From: the human T2T-CHM13v2.0 reference genome, Homo sapiens
NCBI RefSeq assembly: GCF_009914755.1
Contig: NC_060931.1
Strand: one strand, 5' to 3'
Length of the DNA stretch: 64,000 nt
In this document: in pieces, positions 34,770 through 55,447 of the stretch
How positions within the stretch are numbered: position 1 is the stretch's first letter
How the letters are laid out: each line of letters begins with the position of its first letter
Translations under genes and position numbers: made by a program
The notes under the pieces: generated by a model
What the model saw: only the letters and a program-made list of their open reading frames with translations
Told to the model about the DNA's origin: nothing
Databases searched by the model: none

Positions 34770-35061
34770 TTCTGGCTCAGGGTCACTCATGAGGTTGCTG
34801 TTGTCTGAAATCTTAGCTAAGGATTGGAGGATGCACTTCTAAGTGAGGCCTGGCTGTAGGCAGGAGGCCTCAGTCCTTCCCCAGGTGGGCCAACCCACAG
34901 GGCTGCTTGAGTGTCTTCACAATATGGCGCTCGGCTTCCCCCCAGAGCAAGAGATTCAAGGGCCCAGGGTAAAAGCCAACGTGTTATTTTTATCCCTAGC
35001 CTCAGAATTCACACGCCGTTGCCTCCACCATGCTCTGGTTTGATACAGCCCAGCTCTGATT
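34770..35061 (-). repeat. Local duplicate of the internal part of the MLT1 LTR (partner 36068-36356)
   Basis: About 290 bp, ~21 mismatches plus 2 indels by manual alignment. Confidence 0.9.
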
Positions 35062-35769
35062 GGAAGGGGCTGGGGCTGCCCGTGCTGACTCTTCAAAGGC
35101 ATCCCATCCTGCAGATGGTGTTCACAGGGAGAGTTTGTGGGGGCCGGCACTCCCTCATCTACTGGGGCTCATTCTGGAAGAAGGTCCAGAAGAATTGGAG
35201 ACCCCTGCCCCTCACCCAAACTTTGGAGGTGGCAGGGTGAACAGCAGGCCAAGTTCAGGTCCCAAGACAGGCCAAGGCCAGTGCGGTTTCCCTTCCACTG
35301 CCTCAGTTTACCTGTATTCAGAAGACAGTCTAGGAAGAGTTGAGCAGAGTTCCCTCTAAAAGAGTAGGGAGCTGATAACAGTCCCAAGCCCTCCTCTTTC
35401 TCTATGCCAAAATCATTTCCGTTATCCTGAGATGGGGGTGAGTGGATGGATGGTGTACTGAGGGGCCTCTGCCCTGCCCAGAGCCCCCACCATCGTAGTG
35501 GGGGCAGGGGACTTCCTGCCCACAACCCCCTCCAACCCTCACCTGGCGTGCCCGGGTCACCAGCAGCAGCAGCGGCGTTCCATCGCTCCCAAGATCTGGG
35601 TGAAGGGGAGAACCTGCCATCTTATCCCTACCCCCCCGGGGCCCTCAAGCTTATTTTCTTGTTGAAGAAACACAAAACCCTCGAGATTCATGTACTGTAT
35701 GTTGGAGAAAAAAAATTACCTAATGTTCCCCCAAAAAAGACAGTATATTTTGTACTTTGTAAAGTGTTA

Positions 35770-35775
35770 ATTAAA
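35770..35775 (+). terminator. Putative CASTOR2 poly(A) signal ATTAAA
   Basis: ATTAAA preceded by TGTA motifs (35691, 35751, 35758) and followed by a GT/T-rich tract (35800-35820). Confidence 0.65.
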
Positions 35776-35949
35776 ATGAAAAAAAAAAACGATGCTGGCT
35801 GGTGGCCGTCTGGTTTTTTGCTGATCTAGCCAGAACCTGGTCTCATCTCTTTCTCCTCCACACTGTGGTCGGGGGAACACAGGCCAGGGGCTAGAGGCGG
35901 GTAGAAAAACACCCAGAATTTGAGGAAGGGCCCCCAGAGCCGGAGGGGT

Positions 35950-36437
35950 TGTATTAGTTACCTGGTGCTGTATAACAAGTTGCCCCCAAACTTAGCGGCT
36001 TAACATGATCATTATTTATAGGTCACATTTTCTGTGGGTCAGGAATTCAGGAAGTTTGGCTGAGTGATTCTGGCTCAGAGTCACTCATGAGGTTGCCGTT
36101 GTCTGAAATCAGCTAAGGACTGAAGGATGCACTTCTAAGTGAGGCCTGGCTGTAGGCAGGAGGCCTCAGTCCTTCCCCATGTGGGCCAACCCACGGGGCT
36201 GCTTGAGTGTCCTCACAATATGGCGCCCAGCTTCCCCCAGAGCAAGAGATTCAAGGGTCCAGGTTAGAAACCAAAGTGTTATTTTTATTCCTAGCCACAT
36301 AATTCACACGCCGTTGCCTCTACCATGCTCTGGTGTGATACGGCCCAACTCTGATTTGACATGGGAGGGAACTACATAAGTGGGTGGAAACCAGGAGGTA
36401 AAGATGACTGGGGGCCATCTTGGAGGCCAGCTACTAT
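35950..36437 (-). mobile_element. MLT1-family LTR
   Basis: tgtattagttacc...aaacttagcggcttaa start and ggggccatcttggaggcc end are typical of a reverse-oriented MLT1. Confidence 0.75.
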
Positions 36438-37034
36438 GCCCAGCATCCCCACCCAGACCTTGGGCAGAGCCAGGCCTGGGAGTGGGGACGGTGGGGGGAA
36501 GGAGTTGGACGGGGCCTTTCTGATGGCAAGGGAAGGGTCAGGGGCTGGTTGCCTGGCCGAAGGGTCTCTGACCCAAACCTAGAGCCTTGCCATGGACATC
36601 ACAGCTCCAGGTAAGTTCCAGAAGCCCAGAAGCTGATACCTCCAGATTAGATATCCTGCAGGCAGGAAAGAGGAGCACCGTGCTTCTGGCTACTGCCCTC
36701 TTGGTAGGCGGGACACTGGGGCTGTGCCAGCAAGAAAAGATGGGCTTGAGACCGGCAGGTTCTAGACTGACACCCTTCCCCTTCTCCTCTCTGAGATTTT
36801 CCATGGGGGGGTAGCTGTGAGCAGGGCAGAGCTGAAGACCCATCCCTGCCCTAGGCCCCATCAGCCCCCATCCCAACCCTGCCTCACCCTTGGCCCACAG
36901 GAAGAGAACCTGGAGACCGGGAGTGAAAATGGAAGCTGAATATTCTTCCATCACCCTGAGCCCAAGAGAGTTCTAGCTGCTGAGAAGCTTTTATGCCTGG
37001 GGTCTGAAGACAAGTCCTGTCGCTCGGGCCTTCA

Positions 37035-37424
<390 letters not shown>

Positions 37425-37703
37425 TTATGCTGGTGCTGGGGACCCACTATAGCCCCTGCACCAGGGGTCCTTCCCGGAGCATTACAAGGGATGCAGTGCT
37501 AGGATGGACCACAAAGGGGTGCTGTGCTTGGACCAGGAAATGACCAGCTGCCGGCCAATAGTAGAGGGAAGACAGAGAAGCAGGGAGGGACGGGAGAGTT
37601 AGACTTAGACAAGAAACAGCAGGTAGAATGCAAAGGCAAAGAAGGACCCGTAGTGGTAATTAAGAAGTGGGGTGGGCCAGGTGCAGTGACTCAACGCCTG
37701 TCA

Positions 37704-37970
<267 letters not shown>

Positions 37971-38535
37971 TTAGCCAGGTGTGGTGGTGCATACCTGTAA
38001 TCCCAACTACTCAGAGGCTGAGGCCAGAGGATCACTTGAGCCCAGGAGTTGGAGGCTCCAGTGAGCTATGATGACACCACTGCACTCCAGCCTGAGCAAC
38101 AGAACAAGACCCTGTCTCTAAAAAGCAATAAATTAAAAAAAATTAAATTAAAAAATAAAGCAAAGGCCACAAAAGGAAAGGGCGTCATCTTTGGTCACTT
38201 TGCCGACCCTGGTTTTGTCATGTGAATTTCAGCTGACTCGGGCAGGGGAGGGAGTGTCAGATCAGCTCACATGGTGAAGAAAGCGGAAAGAAAATATGCA
38301 CCGAAAGGGAATGTGTGCAATGAAATCATGGTGACAGCTGCACAACACAGTTTGCGAAAAACCACTGAGCTGTGTGCTGTAAATGGTTTTATGTTATGTG
38401 ACTTATATCTTGATGTTTTAAAGAAGGAATGCGGTAGAAAAAGCAACAGGTCTGGATGCACATTGGAGGACAGCCGAGAAAGAAAGGTGATTGCAGCTGG
38501 GCGTGGTGGCTTACACCTGTGGTCCTAGCACTTTA

Positions 38536-38922
<387 letters not shown>

Positions 38923-39769
38923 TCAGGCAGCATCAGCTAGACCCAGGGCCTGGTTTGTTTGTTTTTTTCTTTAAATTTATTTGCTCACTGCAGCCTCGAA
39001 CTCCTGGTCTCAAGCACTCCTCCAATCTCAGCCTCCAGAGTGGCTGTTAACTATAGGCGTGCACCACCATGTTTGGCTAATTTTTTTATTTTTTGTAGAG
39101 ATAGGGGTCTTGCTATATTGCCCAGGCTGCCCTTGAACTCCTGAGCTCAAGTGATCCTCCCACCCCAGCCTCCCAAAGTGTTGGGATCACAGGCATCAGC
39201 CACTATGGGTGGGGCCCATTTCTACGTACTTGGTCATTATAAGCTCTGATGACTACTGGGCACCAAGAGGGTTCCCTAATTTATTTATTTACATTTATGT
39301 ATTTATTTAGAGATGGAGTCTCGCTCTGTCACCCAGGCTGGAGTGCAGTGGAGCAATCCAAGCTCACTGCAGCCCCCAACTCCCAGTTTCAAGTGATTCT
39401 CGTGCCTCAGCCTCCCCAGTAGCTAGGACTATAGGCACACACTGCCACACCCAGCTAATTTTTATATTTTTAGTAGAGATGGGGTTTTGCCATATTGGCC
39501 AGGCTGGTCTCGAACTCATGACCTCAAGTGATCCGCCCGCCTCGGCCTCCCAAAGTACTGGGATTACAGGCATGAGCCACCGCGCCCGGCCTGGGTCCCT
39601 ACTTTAGCAGCAGAAACACAAGAAAAGCAGGCAGAAAGCCTGCCATGAGCCTGCAAGGAACAGCCCAAGTTGTATGCAGGGAAATAAATATTCAGTATCT
39701 TGGAATTTACAGAGTGTGTTGTAGATTAAATGACGCAAATGTCAAAACTCAAAAAAATTAAATGAATGA

Positions 39770-40040
<271 letters not shown>

Positions 40041-40186
40041 TCATTTGAGCCCAGGAGTTCAATACCACCCTGGGCAACACAGTGAGGTCCCCCCATCTCT
40101 ACAAAAAATTTTAAAAATTAGCCGGGCATGGCTTGCGTGCCTGTAATCCCAGCCACTTAGGAGGCTGAGACAGGAGGATTGCTTGA

Positions 40187-40632
<446 letters not shown>

Positions 40633-40820
40633 TAGCCTCCCAAAGTGCTGAGATTTACAGGCGTGAGCCACCACACCCTGCCCAAAGTCCCTCTTATGAA
40701 CATCATTGCCTTGGCTGCTCTGCAGGGCAGGTGGCAGACCAGCCACAAGACACACACCCTTGAAAGCAGGCATCCTTCTCACCACCCCATCTGCAGCTCC
40801 TGGCATACAGTACGTGCTGA

Positions 40821-41201
<381 letters not shown>

Positions 41202-41239
41202 TCAACTGCTGGAGTTGTGGAACCAGCTACCACCGTTAG

Positions 41240-42050
<811 letters not shown>

Positions 42051-42497
42051 TGAGCCACCACACCTGGCCATGGTTTATCCTCTTAAACATGACCACAGAG
42101 GATGCACCTCATGGTGGCCCCAAATCCAAGAAAAGCACAGCTATCAGGACTCCTAACACTGTCTCCAGCTCAGGCTTAACCCAGGCTGCTGCTGTCTCCC
42201 ATGTTAAATATCGGGGCTGGTGTTTAATGAATTCGGAACCCTTGGTTGGTGCAGCAGGAGCGTCTCGGGTAGCTGCATAGTGTCCCCTGGGAGGGAGAAA
42301 GCAAGTGTGGGGTCCTGGAGGCAGGGACAGGTGCCTGGTGCACGATCACAGGCAGGACAGAGCCTGGAGCAGATGCTGCCTGGGGCGGGGCTGGGCCAGT
42401 GCCGGGTGCTGCCCTCATGGCCATCTCTGAAAGGGTCTGTCCCATCAGGTGGTTAAGCTGGGCCACTAGGTCAGTCCTGGTGCCATGGATTGCATAG

Positions 42498-43200
<703 letters not shown>

Positions 43201-44600
43201 AAGCGATTCTCCTGCTTAAGCCTCCCGGGTAGCTGGGACAACAGGCGCGCGTCACCACGTCCGGCTAATTTTTGTATTTTCAGTGGAGATGGGGTTTTGC
43301 CATGTTGGCCAGGCGGTCTCAAACTCCTGACCTCAAGTGCTCTGCCTGTCTCGGACCCCCGAAGTGCTGGGATTACAGATGTGAGCCACTGCACCTGGCC
43401 TCCCATAACAGGTTAAGCAGCTCCCACTGCCGTCCAGGTGAAGGCCAGGCCTCCTTTAGATGCTAGTACCGGGTGGAAGGCGAGAGAAATGTGGGATTTC
43501 ATAAGCGCATCCTGAGTTTTGATTCTGGCCCAGGCACGGCACTGGGCACTTGGCCTCAGAATGCAACCTGCTGGGCCGTGCCCGAGCCTTCTCTTTAGGG
43601 CATTATTTGTCAGGATTTGACTTTGTCATGCAGAGCACAGTCAGCGCAGAAGTATTTCCTGAATTAATGAAAATGTGGGCTGACCATGTATTCAAGAAAC
43701 AAGTCATGACAGCATCCTATTGAGGTTGACAACCTGAGCTTGGATTAGCTGTGAAGGGTTTTCATGCCAGTGAGACCCATCTCTTCCCCGAAGAAATTAG
43801 TGTGGAGTGGCGGTCTGCATACCTGCAGGGGCGAAGAGGATGGAAAACTGGACCTACGACCCCTGCAAACTGTCCGAGGGAGATGGGGGGGAGGCCTCCT
43901 CAAGGCTGACAACCTGGACACGCTACGTCTTCCACCCGGGTGCCTCTCTGACCTTGGTTACTGACCCCATCAGAGAGAAAGGGACAGAGTTGGTGTGTAT
44001 GGAGAATGGCCTGGGGACACATGGGGTTGGTACAAGGCTCACTCCATCGCGGGTGCCATTCACGTGCTCACTAAAGCGAGAGGAGACGGGAGCTTGCAAA
44101 CACTGATTTTTTGCAGGAACACGATGATCAAGCCTAGCAACCGAGCTAATGGCATAGTAGGGTTTCTATGGACGTGTGTGTCAAATGCTGGGGTTGGGGG
44201 AGGGGCGGCATTAGGGAAAGAGAGGACAGACGCTGAGATGCAGGCACAGGTGACAGCTGGGGAGAAGGCTTGGTCCACAGCAGAAGAGCTCCAACCAGGA
44301 GCCCTCGTGACCCACAGAAGGCACAGCCAAGCAGCCCTCCTGGGCAGACAGAGCCCAGCTGGAAGAAAGAAAAGACAAACCGAAGGACGTCCCTGCTTCT
44401 ACACTGCTTGCTATGTCCAAAGTCAAGATCATTACTGGGGCTGGACCTGGTGGCTCACGCCTGTCATCCCAGCACTTTTGGAGGCCGAGGTGGGCGGATC
44501 TCTGGAGGTCAGGAGTTCGAGACCAGCCTGGCCAACATAACAAAATTCCGTCTCTACTAAAAATACAAAAATTAGCCGGGCGTGGTAGTGCATGCCTCTA

Positions 44601-44783
<183 letters not shown>

Positions 44784-45474
44784 TTATTAAAAACTCACCT
44801 TCTCCAGAGACCCTCCATCCCCCATCCTCACCTGCCATCCCGAACCCCGCCCAGTGTGACCCGGGTCTGACCTCCAGGGGCACTTACCATCTCTAGATCA
44901 ATACGTGAGTTTGATCTAGGCTTGAGTTTCACTGAGGTCGGATTACCCTGCTTCACTGCAGAGGCGACTTTAGACCCAGCCCCAGTAACGGTTTCAGGAA
45001 GGAAAAATGACACACGGTTTTCAATTTCTATTTCAAGTTTATGAGAAAATTTGACTGTAATAAACCTAAGAATGGGGTTCGCAGCCCAGGTGAAGGGCCC
45101 CTCCCCTAGATATCTGAGTGGCTGGTTCTCATGGCCGCAGGTCACAGCAAGGACACTGCTGGCTGGGTGACCATTCCACTTTAAAGTGCAGCTCTAGGCC
45201 GGGCACGGTGGCTCACGCCTGTAATCCCAGCACTTTGGGAGGCCAAGGTGAGCGGATCACCTGAGGTCAGGAGTTCGAGAACAGCCTGGCCAACACGGCA
45301 AAACCCCATCTCTACTAAAAATACAAAAATTAACTGGGTGTGGTGGCAGGCACCTATAATCCCAGCTACTCGGGAGGCTGAGATAGAATTGCTTGAACCG
45401 GGAGGCGGAGGTTGCAGTGAGCCGAGATCGCGCCACTGCACTCCAGCCTGGGCGACAGAGCGAGACTCCATCTC

Positions 45475-45475
45475 A

Positions 45476-45506
<31 letters not shown>

Positions 45507-45515
45507 ATAAATAAA
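45475..45515. repeat. (TAAC)n(TAAA)n microsatellite forming an Alu tail
   Basis: taactaactaac...taaataaataaa at the 3' end of Alu 45197-45475. Confidence 0.9.
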
Positions 45516-45822
45516 GGGTAGCCCTCCCGAGATCCCATCCTCTCCTCCTGCTTTCTCTCGACGGCCCACAGAACCACTTCATATGCTGCTTCTCATTTTT
45601 CCCGTTTCCCTCCCTAGAATGTAAGCTTCATGGTGCGGGGATTTTTGTCACCACATGCCCCAGCATGAGGACAGTACTGGGCACCGATGGGGCACATGAC
45701 AAGTATCTGTTGTGAACGCATTAAAGGAACGAGGTAAAGGCAGACAGGGCATGGGAGTCCAGCCTGTGACATGAGTACCAAGTATTTTCTCCCAACTGAA
45801 CTGCGGGAGTAGAATCTGTTCA

Positions 45823-46247
<425 letters not shown>

Positions 46248-46474
46248 CTAAGCAGGAGGATGGCTTGAGGCCAGGGGTTGGAGCCTAAGCAACATAGCAA
46301 GACCTTGTCTCTATAAAAAAATAAAATAAAAAGACCTCATCTCTATAAAAGTATTTTTCACTGGCTTCTGCCTCTGTATCAAAAGGCTTGTTTATAAAAG
46401 CAAAACTCTAAATGATCAAGTAAGATTTAAGAAGATCTCTTCAGAGCTTAAAAACCAAAAGGCAGAAAATAGAC

Positions 46475-46480
46475 TTTATT
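46475..46480 (-). terminator. RCC1L canonical poly(A) signal AATAAA
   Basis: TTTATT on + about 820 nt past the stop, followed on - by a U-rich tract. Confidence 0.8.
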
Positions 46481-47296
46481 CCAAGACAGATTTGTAAAAG
46501 ATGTTTTTAAAGGGAAAGGCAAGTCACGCTACTAAATCAAACATTGTTCACAATTTCTGGATCTTCCTCCTCCGCCTGGCACTGCAGCTGAGCCTTGGCG
46601 GATATGCTCGGGGCCCTCGGCGCAGAGGAACTTAGCCTCGATTCTCTTCCTGAGGGGCTTCTTAACTTTTCCAAGCCAGGCAGTGAGCGTGGTGGGAGGC
46701 TGGGGCTGGTGCCTGCGGACAGCTCCAGATGGAATCCCAGGCCACGGTGCTTCTAGTGTCCCCCCAGCGAGCTTGCGGTGTGGCAGGCGGCCAGGAAGGG
46801 CCATGAGCAGGGTGGCCTGAATGAAAACCGAGGGCCGAAGCCAGCCTGACTCCCTCGCCTAAGCTGGGGCTCGGTCCGAGGCACACGCATGGCCTTGGCC
46901 AGACACAAACCAAGAGACTGCCATGACAGACAGAGCAGAAACCTCCCGAGCACTGTGTTCAAGCTAAGCTTTCCTAAGACGGGCTTCTCAGGCGAGACGT
47001 GACACCAGACACCGTCGCATGTTACTTGGAGAGAACAGAGACGTGCGGGCCACAGCGGCCCACCAAAGGCTGCCATCCAAGCTGAGTTCCGCAGGCCTCA
47101 CCTGCAGCTGGAGAGGGACCTTGCCCTGATCCTCCTGGTAGGTACCCGCTAAGGGATTCAGGACAGAGCGTCACACTGCACGCAGGGTCCTCCGCCACCA
47201 CCATCCAAGAACCCCGGGGGGCTGGCCACGCGCTGGCCTCTGCCAAGGAGTGCCAGTGGTTCCCGGGACGGGGCCGCCCAAGCAGGTGAGGGAGGT

Positions 47297-47374
47297 TTAG
47301 ATGAATGACTTGGCCAGGGTCACCATGTGGTCCACGCCACATGCCACGTCCACAGGCTCCCCAGGCATCGTCAC
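47297..47374 (-). CDS. RCC1L: RCC1L exon 11 coding part, canonical C-terminus (VTMPGEPVDVACGVDHMVTLAKSFI*)
   Basis: ttttcag|GTG...ATC TAA; completes the last RCC1 blade (ACG-x-x-H). Confidence 0.95.
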   Translation of the reverse strand: MTMPGEPVDVACGVDHMVTLAKSFI

Positions 47375-47824
47375 CTGAAAAATAAGATCCAGCATACCAT
47401 GGGTGGGGGTGGCGCACCCGGAGGAGACAGGCGCTGGTGTTGGCCGACCCGGCCCTGCCTCTCAGTAGGAGACTCAGTAGGAGACAGCTTGTCTCAGCAG
47501 GAGACAGCTTGTCTCAGTAGGAGACAGCTTCTCTGAGCCTCGGCTCCCTACCCTCTGGGAATGGGGGCACTTAGGCCTCCCCAGCAGGTCCATCAGGACA
47601 ACTGCGTGTGGTCATGAGGACAAGGCCATCCCAACTCCCTCCAGTCAATGGCAGCCATCACCATTCACATCAGCCTGAGAGGGCATGTCGGGCAGGAACA
47701 TGGGCCTGTGTGCATCCCTGGAACCTGCACGCCCTACAGGGGCTGCTCCCCTCTGACCCTAACCCCACTAGGCTCCATGCCCCCAGGCCAGGTGTTCAGA
47801 GATCTCTCCTGGGAGCCACTGCTA

Positions 47825-48159
<335 letters not shown>

Positions 48160-48583
48160 TCATCTTACCCGTCACCCCCAGCTCCAGTCACAGGCAGGCT
48201 GCGTCCCAAGTCACGACCACCAAGCAGGGGCAGTGGCTATGTCTCAAAGACCCTTGCCAGGAGCCCTGATCACACTGCCTGTCTGGGCTGACAACATGGC
48301 ATCAGAGGACAGCCCAAGCTTCAAGGGAGCAAGAAGATGGCCTCACTGAGACATGGAGGCTCTAGCCTGTTGGAAGGGCGCCCACTGTTCTATAGCCTCG
48401 CCATGGAAACGGACACCCTCAACAACTCCAGGTGTGCCCAGGGCCATAGCCAATCCAGCTATCCAGGAAAGGGGCACTCTGCTTTCTCTTTCTTGTTTAT
48501 TATGACTAGGCAGTGCATTCACATAGCTGCAAGATAAAAGGACATTCAGTGAAAAAGAAGAAAAAGCTATTAAATGATTCTTA

Positions 48584-49003
<420 letters not shown>

Positions 49004-49020
49004 TTAAGAGACAGGGTCTA

Positions 49021-49371
<351 letters not shown>

Positions 49372-49685
49372 TCAAGTGATTTTCCCGCCTTAGCCTCCCA
49401 AGTAGCTGGGACTACAGGCACGTGCCACCATGCCTGGCTAATTTTGTTTGTTTGTTTGTAGAGACAGAGGTCTCACTATGTTGCCGAGGCTGGATTATAG
49501 AGACACAATCATAGCTCGCACTGCAATGTCGAACTCCTGGGCTCAAGCTATCCTCCCACCTCACCCTCCCAAGTAGCTAGGACTACTGGCATGCACCACT
49601 ATGCTCAGCTTATTTTTGTATTTTTTGTAGAGACAGGGTCTTGCCATGTTGCCCAGGCTGGTCTCGAACTCCTGGGCTCAAGTGA

Positions 49686-49988
<303 letters not shown>

Positions 49989-51103
49989 TAGGATGGTCTT
50001 GATCTTCTGACCTCGTGAGCCACCTGCCTTGGCCTCCCAAAGCGCTGGGATTACAGGCGTGAGCCGCTGCACCTGGCCTTCTCTTCCTTTCTTAAGTGCC
50101 AACTGCAAAGAAAGTGACCCTGCCTGGCTTGGCCGGAAGACCCCTGCCAGGATGCTGGCACTTGATCTACTGACCAGATCCGAATTCGACCACCCTCCCC
50201 TGGTGGCAGCATGCAGCCAGGTGGTGTGACAGCTGGAAAGGGGATCTGTCACAGTCTGTGGAGTTTACCGAGCTTAAGAGGGAAACCGCCTAATCCAGAT
50301 GGCCTGGCCCTAAAAGCCGAGAGGCGGCAGGCGCCGACCCCGGAGCTTTGCACCTACGCCAGGAGACAAGACCATTAGGGACTCCTGGCCACAGCAGATG
50401 GATGCTAGAAACCAAGTCATGCTGTCATCCCCCAGCCCTGTCCCTAAACAAATGAATGTCTTTAGCAGAACCTATTACAGGAATCACTAAACAAACAAGA
50501 ACGGGGCCCAGTGAATCGCAAAGGCACGTCGATGCAGAAAGCCTGAGAGGCTGGCCGGAGAAGAAAACAGGCTGCCTCTGCAGGGACTGGGCCCCGACCG
50601 CCTCTTAGCAACCTCCCCAGCCATTAGGGAGCACTTTATTTACCTTTCCCGGGACAGTGCGCTTCCTCACGGCTGCACTTAAGCCCCCAGGTCCTTGCTC
50701 CCCGAGGGCTCTGGCCATTCAAGCCCAAAGCAAAGGAAGCCACGATGGTCTCTGCTGCGGGTGGCCTGGGCAGCAAGGGCCCGGCTCCTGGGAGCCAGCC
50801 CTAGGGACCAGCGGGAGGCTCCCCAAGGTTCCAGCTCCCCCTGGCGGACAATCTCACACGGTCTCTGAACTGAGTCCAAGAGGAGACTGCCCTCAGCCAT
50901 GTTTTATTTTTGTCCTAGGCAAGGTTAAATGGCGTTTTTCTTCTAAGCCAATTTACACTCACAACTCCGCTGCTGAGGGAAACAGTTCCAAAAACCAGAA
51001 CCATATTTAGCCTTGGTGACTCTCTTAAAAGTCTCAGCAGAATCCATTTAGGAACATCCCTATCCACAATTACAAGTTGCTAAAACGAACGCCCACCAGG
51101 TGA

Positions 51104-51709
<606 letters not shown>

Positions 51710-51913
51710 TAGAGATGGAGTCTCACTATGTTGCCCAGGCTGGTCTTGAACTCCTGGCCTCAAGCAATCCTTTCGCGTCAGCCTCTCAAAGCGCTGGGAT
51801 TATAGGCGTTGAGTTACCATGCCTGGCCTGTGCCCGGCTTTTAACTTGTACTCCTCTCCTGCATTGTGAGAACCACCTAGGTGGGTACATACACAGATGA
51901 ATAAATAAAATAA

Positions 51914-52039
<126 letters not shown>

Positions 52040-52051
52040 TAGCTGGGATTA

Positions 52052-52574
<523 letters not shown>

Positions 52575-53751
52575 CTATGGAAGGAGTCGTATAAGCGAGG
52601 CTAGAAGTCAGCGAGCTCCCCAGCTTGTGTCTCCAGACCCCACCGGTCCTGACCTGCAGGGCCCACGGGGAGGGGAAGCACCGTCTACAGGCAGAGTCGC
52701 AAGTTCAAATTATACCCAATGAGCTCAGGGGCCGTGAGACCTGGGGCAAGCCCCTTCGCTCCTGACTTCCGTGTCCCCGTGTGCACACTGTGGAGGGAGA
52801 AACCCCACCCTCAAGGTGTCTGGAGGATGAGAGAGAATGGACATCACGTGCCCAGCACGCTGTCCATGCCCTGCCCTCCCCCGAAGCCAGGCTGGAATGT
52901 TTGTCTGTGGAAAGCCAGGGCGCTCCCTGGGGGATGAGGGGTGAAGGCCACTCCACACCCCCTCGCTGCCTGCTGTAGGTCTGTGGCACTCCCCCTTAGG
53001 TCAGAGGGTCTTGGAAGGCCAGACAACGCCTGGTCAAATGTTCCGTGCCACTGCGTGCTGCCTTCTCTCCACACCAGCTTCAGGCTCGCCCAGGGAGGTG
53101 GGTGGCCGTGGAAAGACCATTGTCTTAAAAGTCAGATGTAACTGAGTCCAAATCCTGGCTCTGACTCCAACTTAGATATGTGACCCTGGGAAACCACTGA
53201 ACCTCTCTGAGGGATGAGTCTCAACGTGTAGCAAAAAAACATGTCCTGGAAAGTTTCTGGAAGCAGAGGTTTGAATCAGGTGGCTCAGATGTCACCTCCC
53301 GGGCCCACATACTCAGAAAAGGCCAAATTCTGCAAGTCTAAGAATAACTAGTTGGTACCAGTGTATGAGCTACAAGTAAAGTTTTACTCTTTTTTTCTCT
53401 TCTTTTCTGGAATACTTTTTAAATGATGTAATATATCCCCTACGGAAGATTAATTTGAACATAGTTGTTTTAAAGAATAAAGATCACCCAAGCCAGTGAC
53501 TCACCCCTGTAGTTCCAACATTTTGTGAGGCCAAGGTGGGAAGACCACTTGAGGCAGAAGTTTGAGACCAGCCTGGGCAACATAGGAAGACCTCATCTCT
53601 CAAATAAATAAAATAAAACAAATAAATATAAATAATAAAATAAGCCGTGTGTGGTGGCACATGCCTGTAATCTCAGCTATTCCAGAGGCTGAAGCAAGAG
53701 GATCACTTGAGACCAGGAGGTTGAGATCAACACATAAGACCCCGTCTCTTA

Positions 53752-54432
<681 letters not shown>

Positions 54433-55447
54433 CTACCAGGGAGGCTGAGGAAGGAGAATCACTTGAACCCGGAAGGTGGAGGTTTCAGTGAGCTGAGATC
54501 ATGCCACTGCACTCAAGCCTGGGCAACAGAGCAAGACTCCATCTCAAAACAATAATAATAAAATAAAAATAAAAATAAAAAGCAAATGACCAGAAGGACA
54601 CTTGGTGTGTGGCGAGCCAGGGCAAGTGACCCAGATGGAATGTCAACGGGATCGGGCTCCGGCCACTCCCTGCCCGCACAGGGACCAGCGCTTTGCACAT
54701 GCCCTTATGGCAGGGGCAACGTGACCTGAGTCAAATCTCAGGCTGATCACTCTGATTTGAAGGAAATGAGGGCGGGGGGCAGACCCTCGTCAGCGTTCTT
54801 TCACCCAAAACCCGGCTGCTTTAACTGTTTCCCAAGTTCCCCCCTCAGAAGGAAGTCCTTTTCGAAAGAAAGGGCAAAGTGAGAGAAGAGAGGAGTCAGT
54901 GAGAAAGCAAGTGGGCATGTAGATGACTGATGCTCACATTATCTGAGCCACACCCACTGCCCGACTCTCTGTTCCTCACACCGGCAGTTTCCAGGCTCAG
55001 GAGAAAGCCGGCAAGCCCCACCACCTTGGGAACAACTCTATTATACAAACAGCTTTCCAACAAGGCTAAAGTCGCCCGGGCGTGATGGGTCATGCCTGTA
55101 ATCCCAGCACTTTGGGAAGCTGAGGGAGGCAGATTGCTTGAAGCCGGAAGTTTGAGACCAGCCTGGGCAACATAGTGAGACTCCCATCTCTACTAAAAAT
55201 AAAAAAATTTGTCAGGTGTGGTGGTGTACGCCTGTGGTCCCAGCTATTCAGGAGGCTGAGGTGGGAGGATCACCTGAGCCCAGGAAGGTCAAGGCTGCAG
55301 TGAGCTGTGATCACATCACTGCAATCCAGCCTGAGTGATAAAAGTGAGACCCTGTCTCATAATAAGCAAAAACAAAAAAACAAAGTTAAAGTCTCCATTT
55401 CAACTTGCTTTCTCAGAGCCTCCACCGATAGTCTTGGAAAAAAAAAA

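Noticed and set aside
46532-46804. 90-aa ATG ORF in the RCC1L 3'UTR, and a donor-like CAG|GTGAGG near 47100
   Set aside because: No recognisable homology or partner acceptor; compatible with chance in a GC-rich UTR.
50280-50900. Mildly CpG-enriched stretch as a promoter or enhancer
   Set aside because: CpG density is too low and no diagnostic motif is present; cannot be supported without chromatin data.
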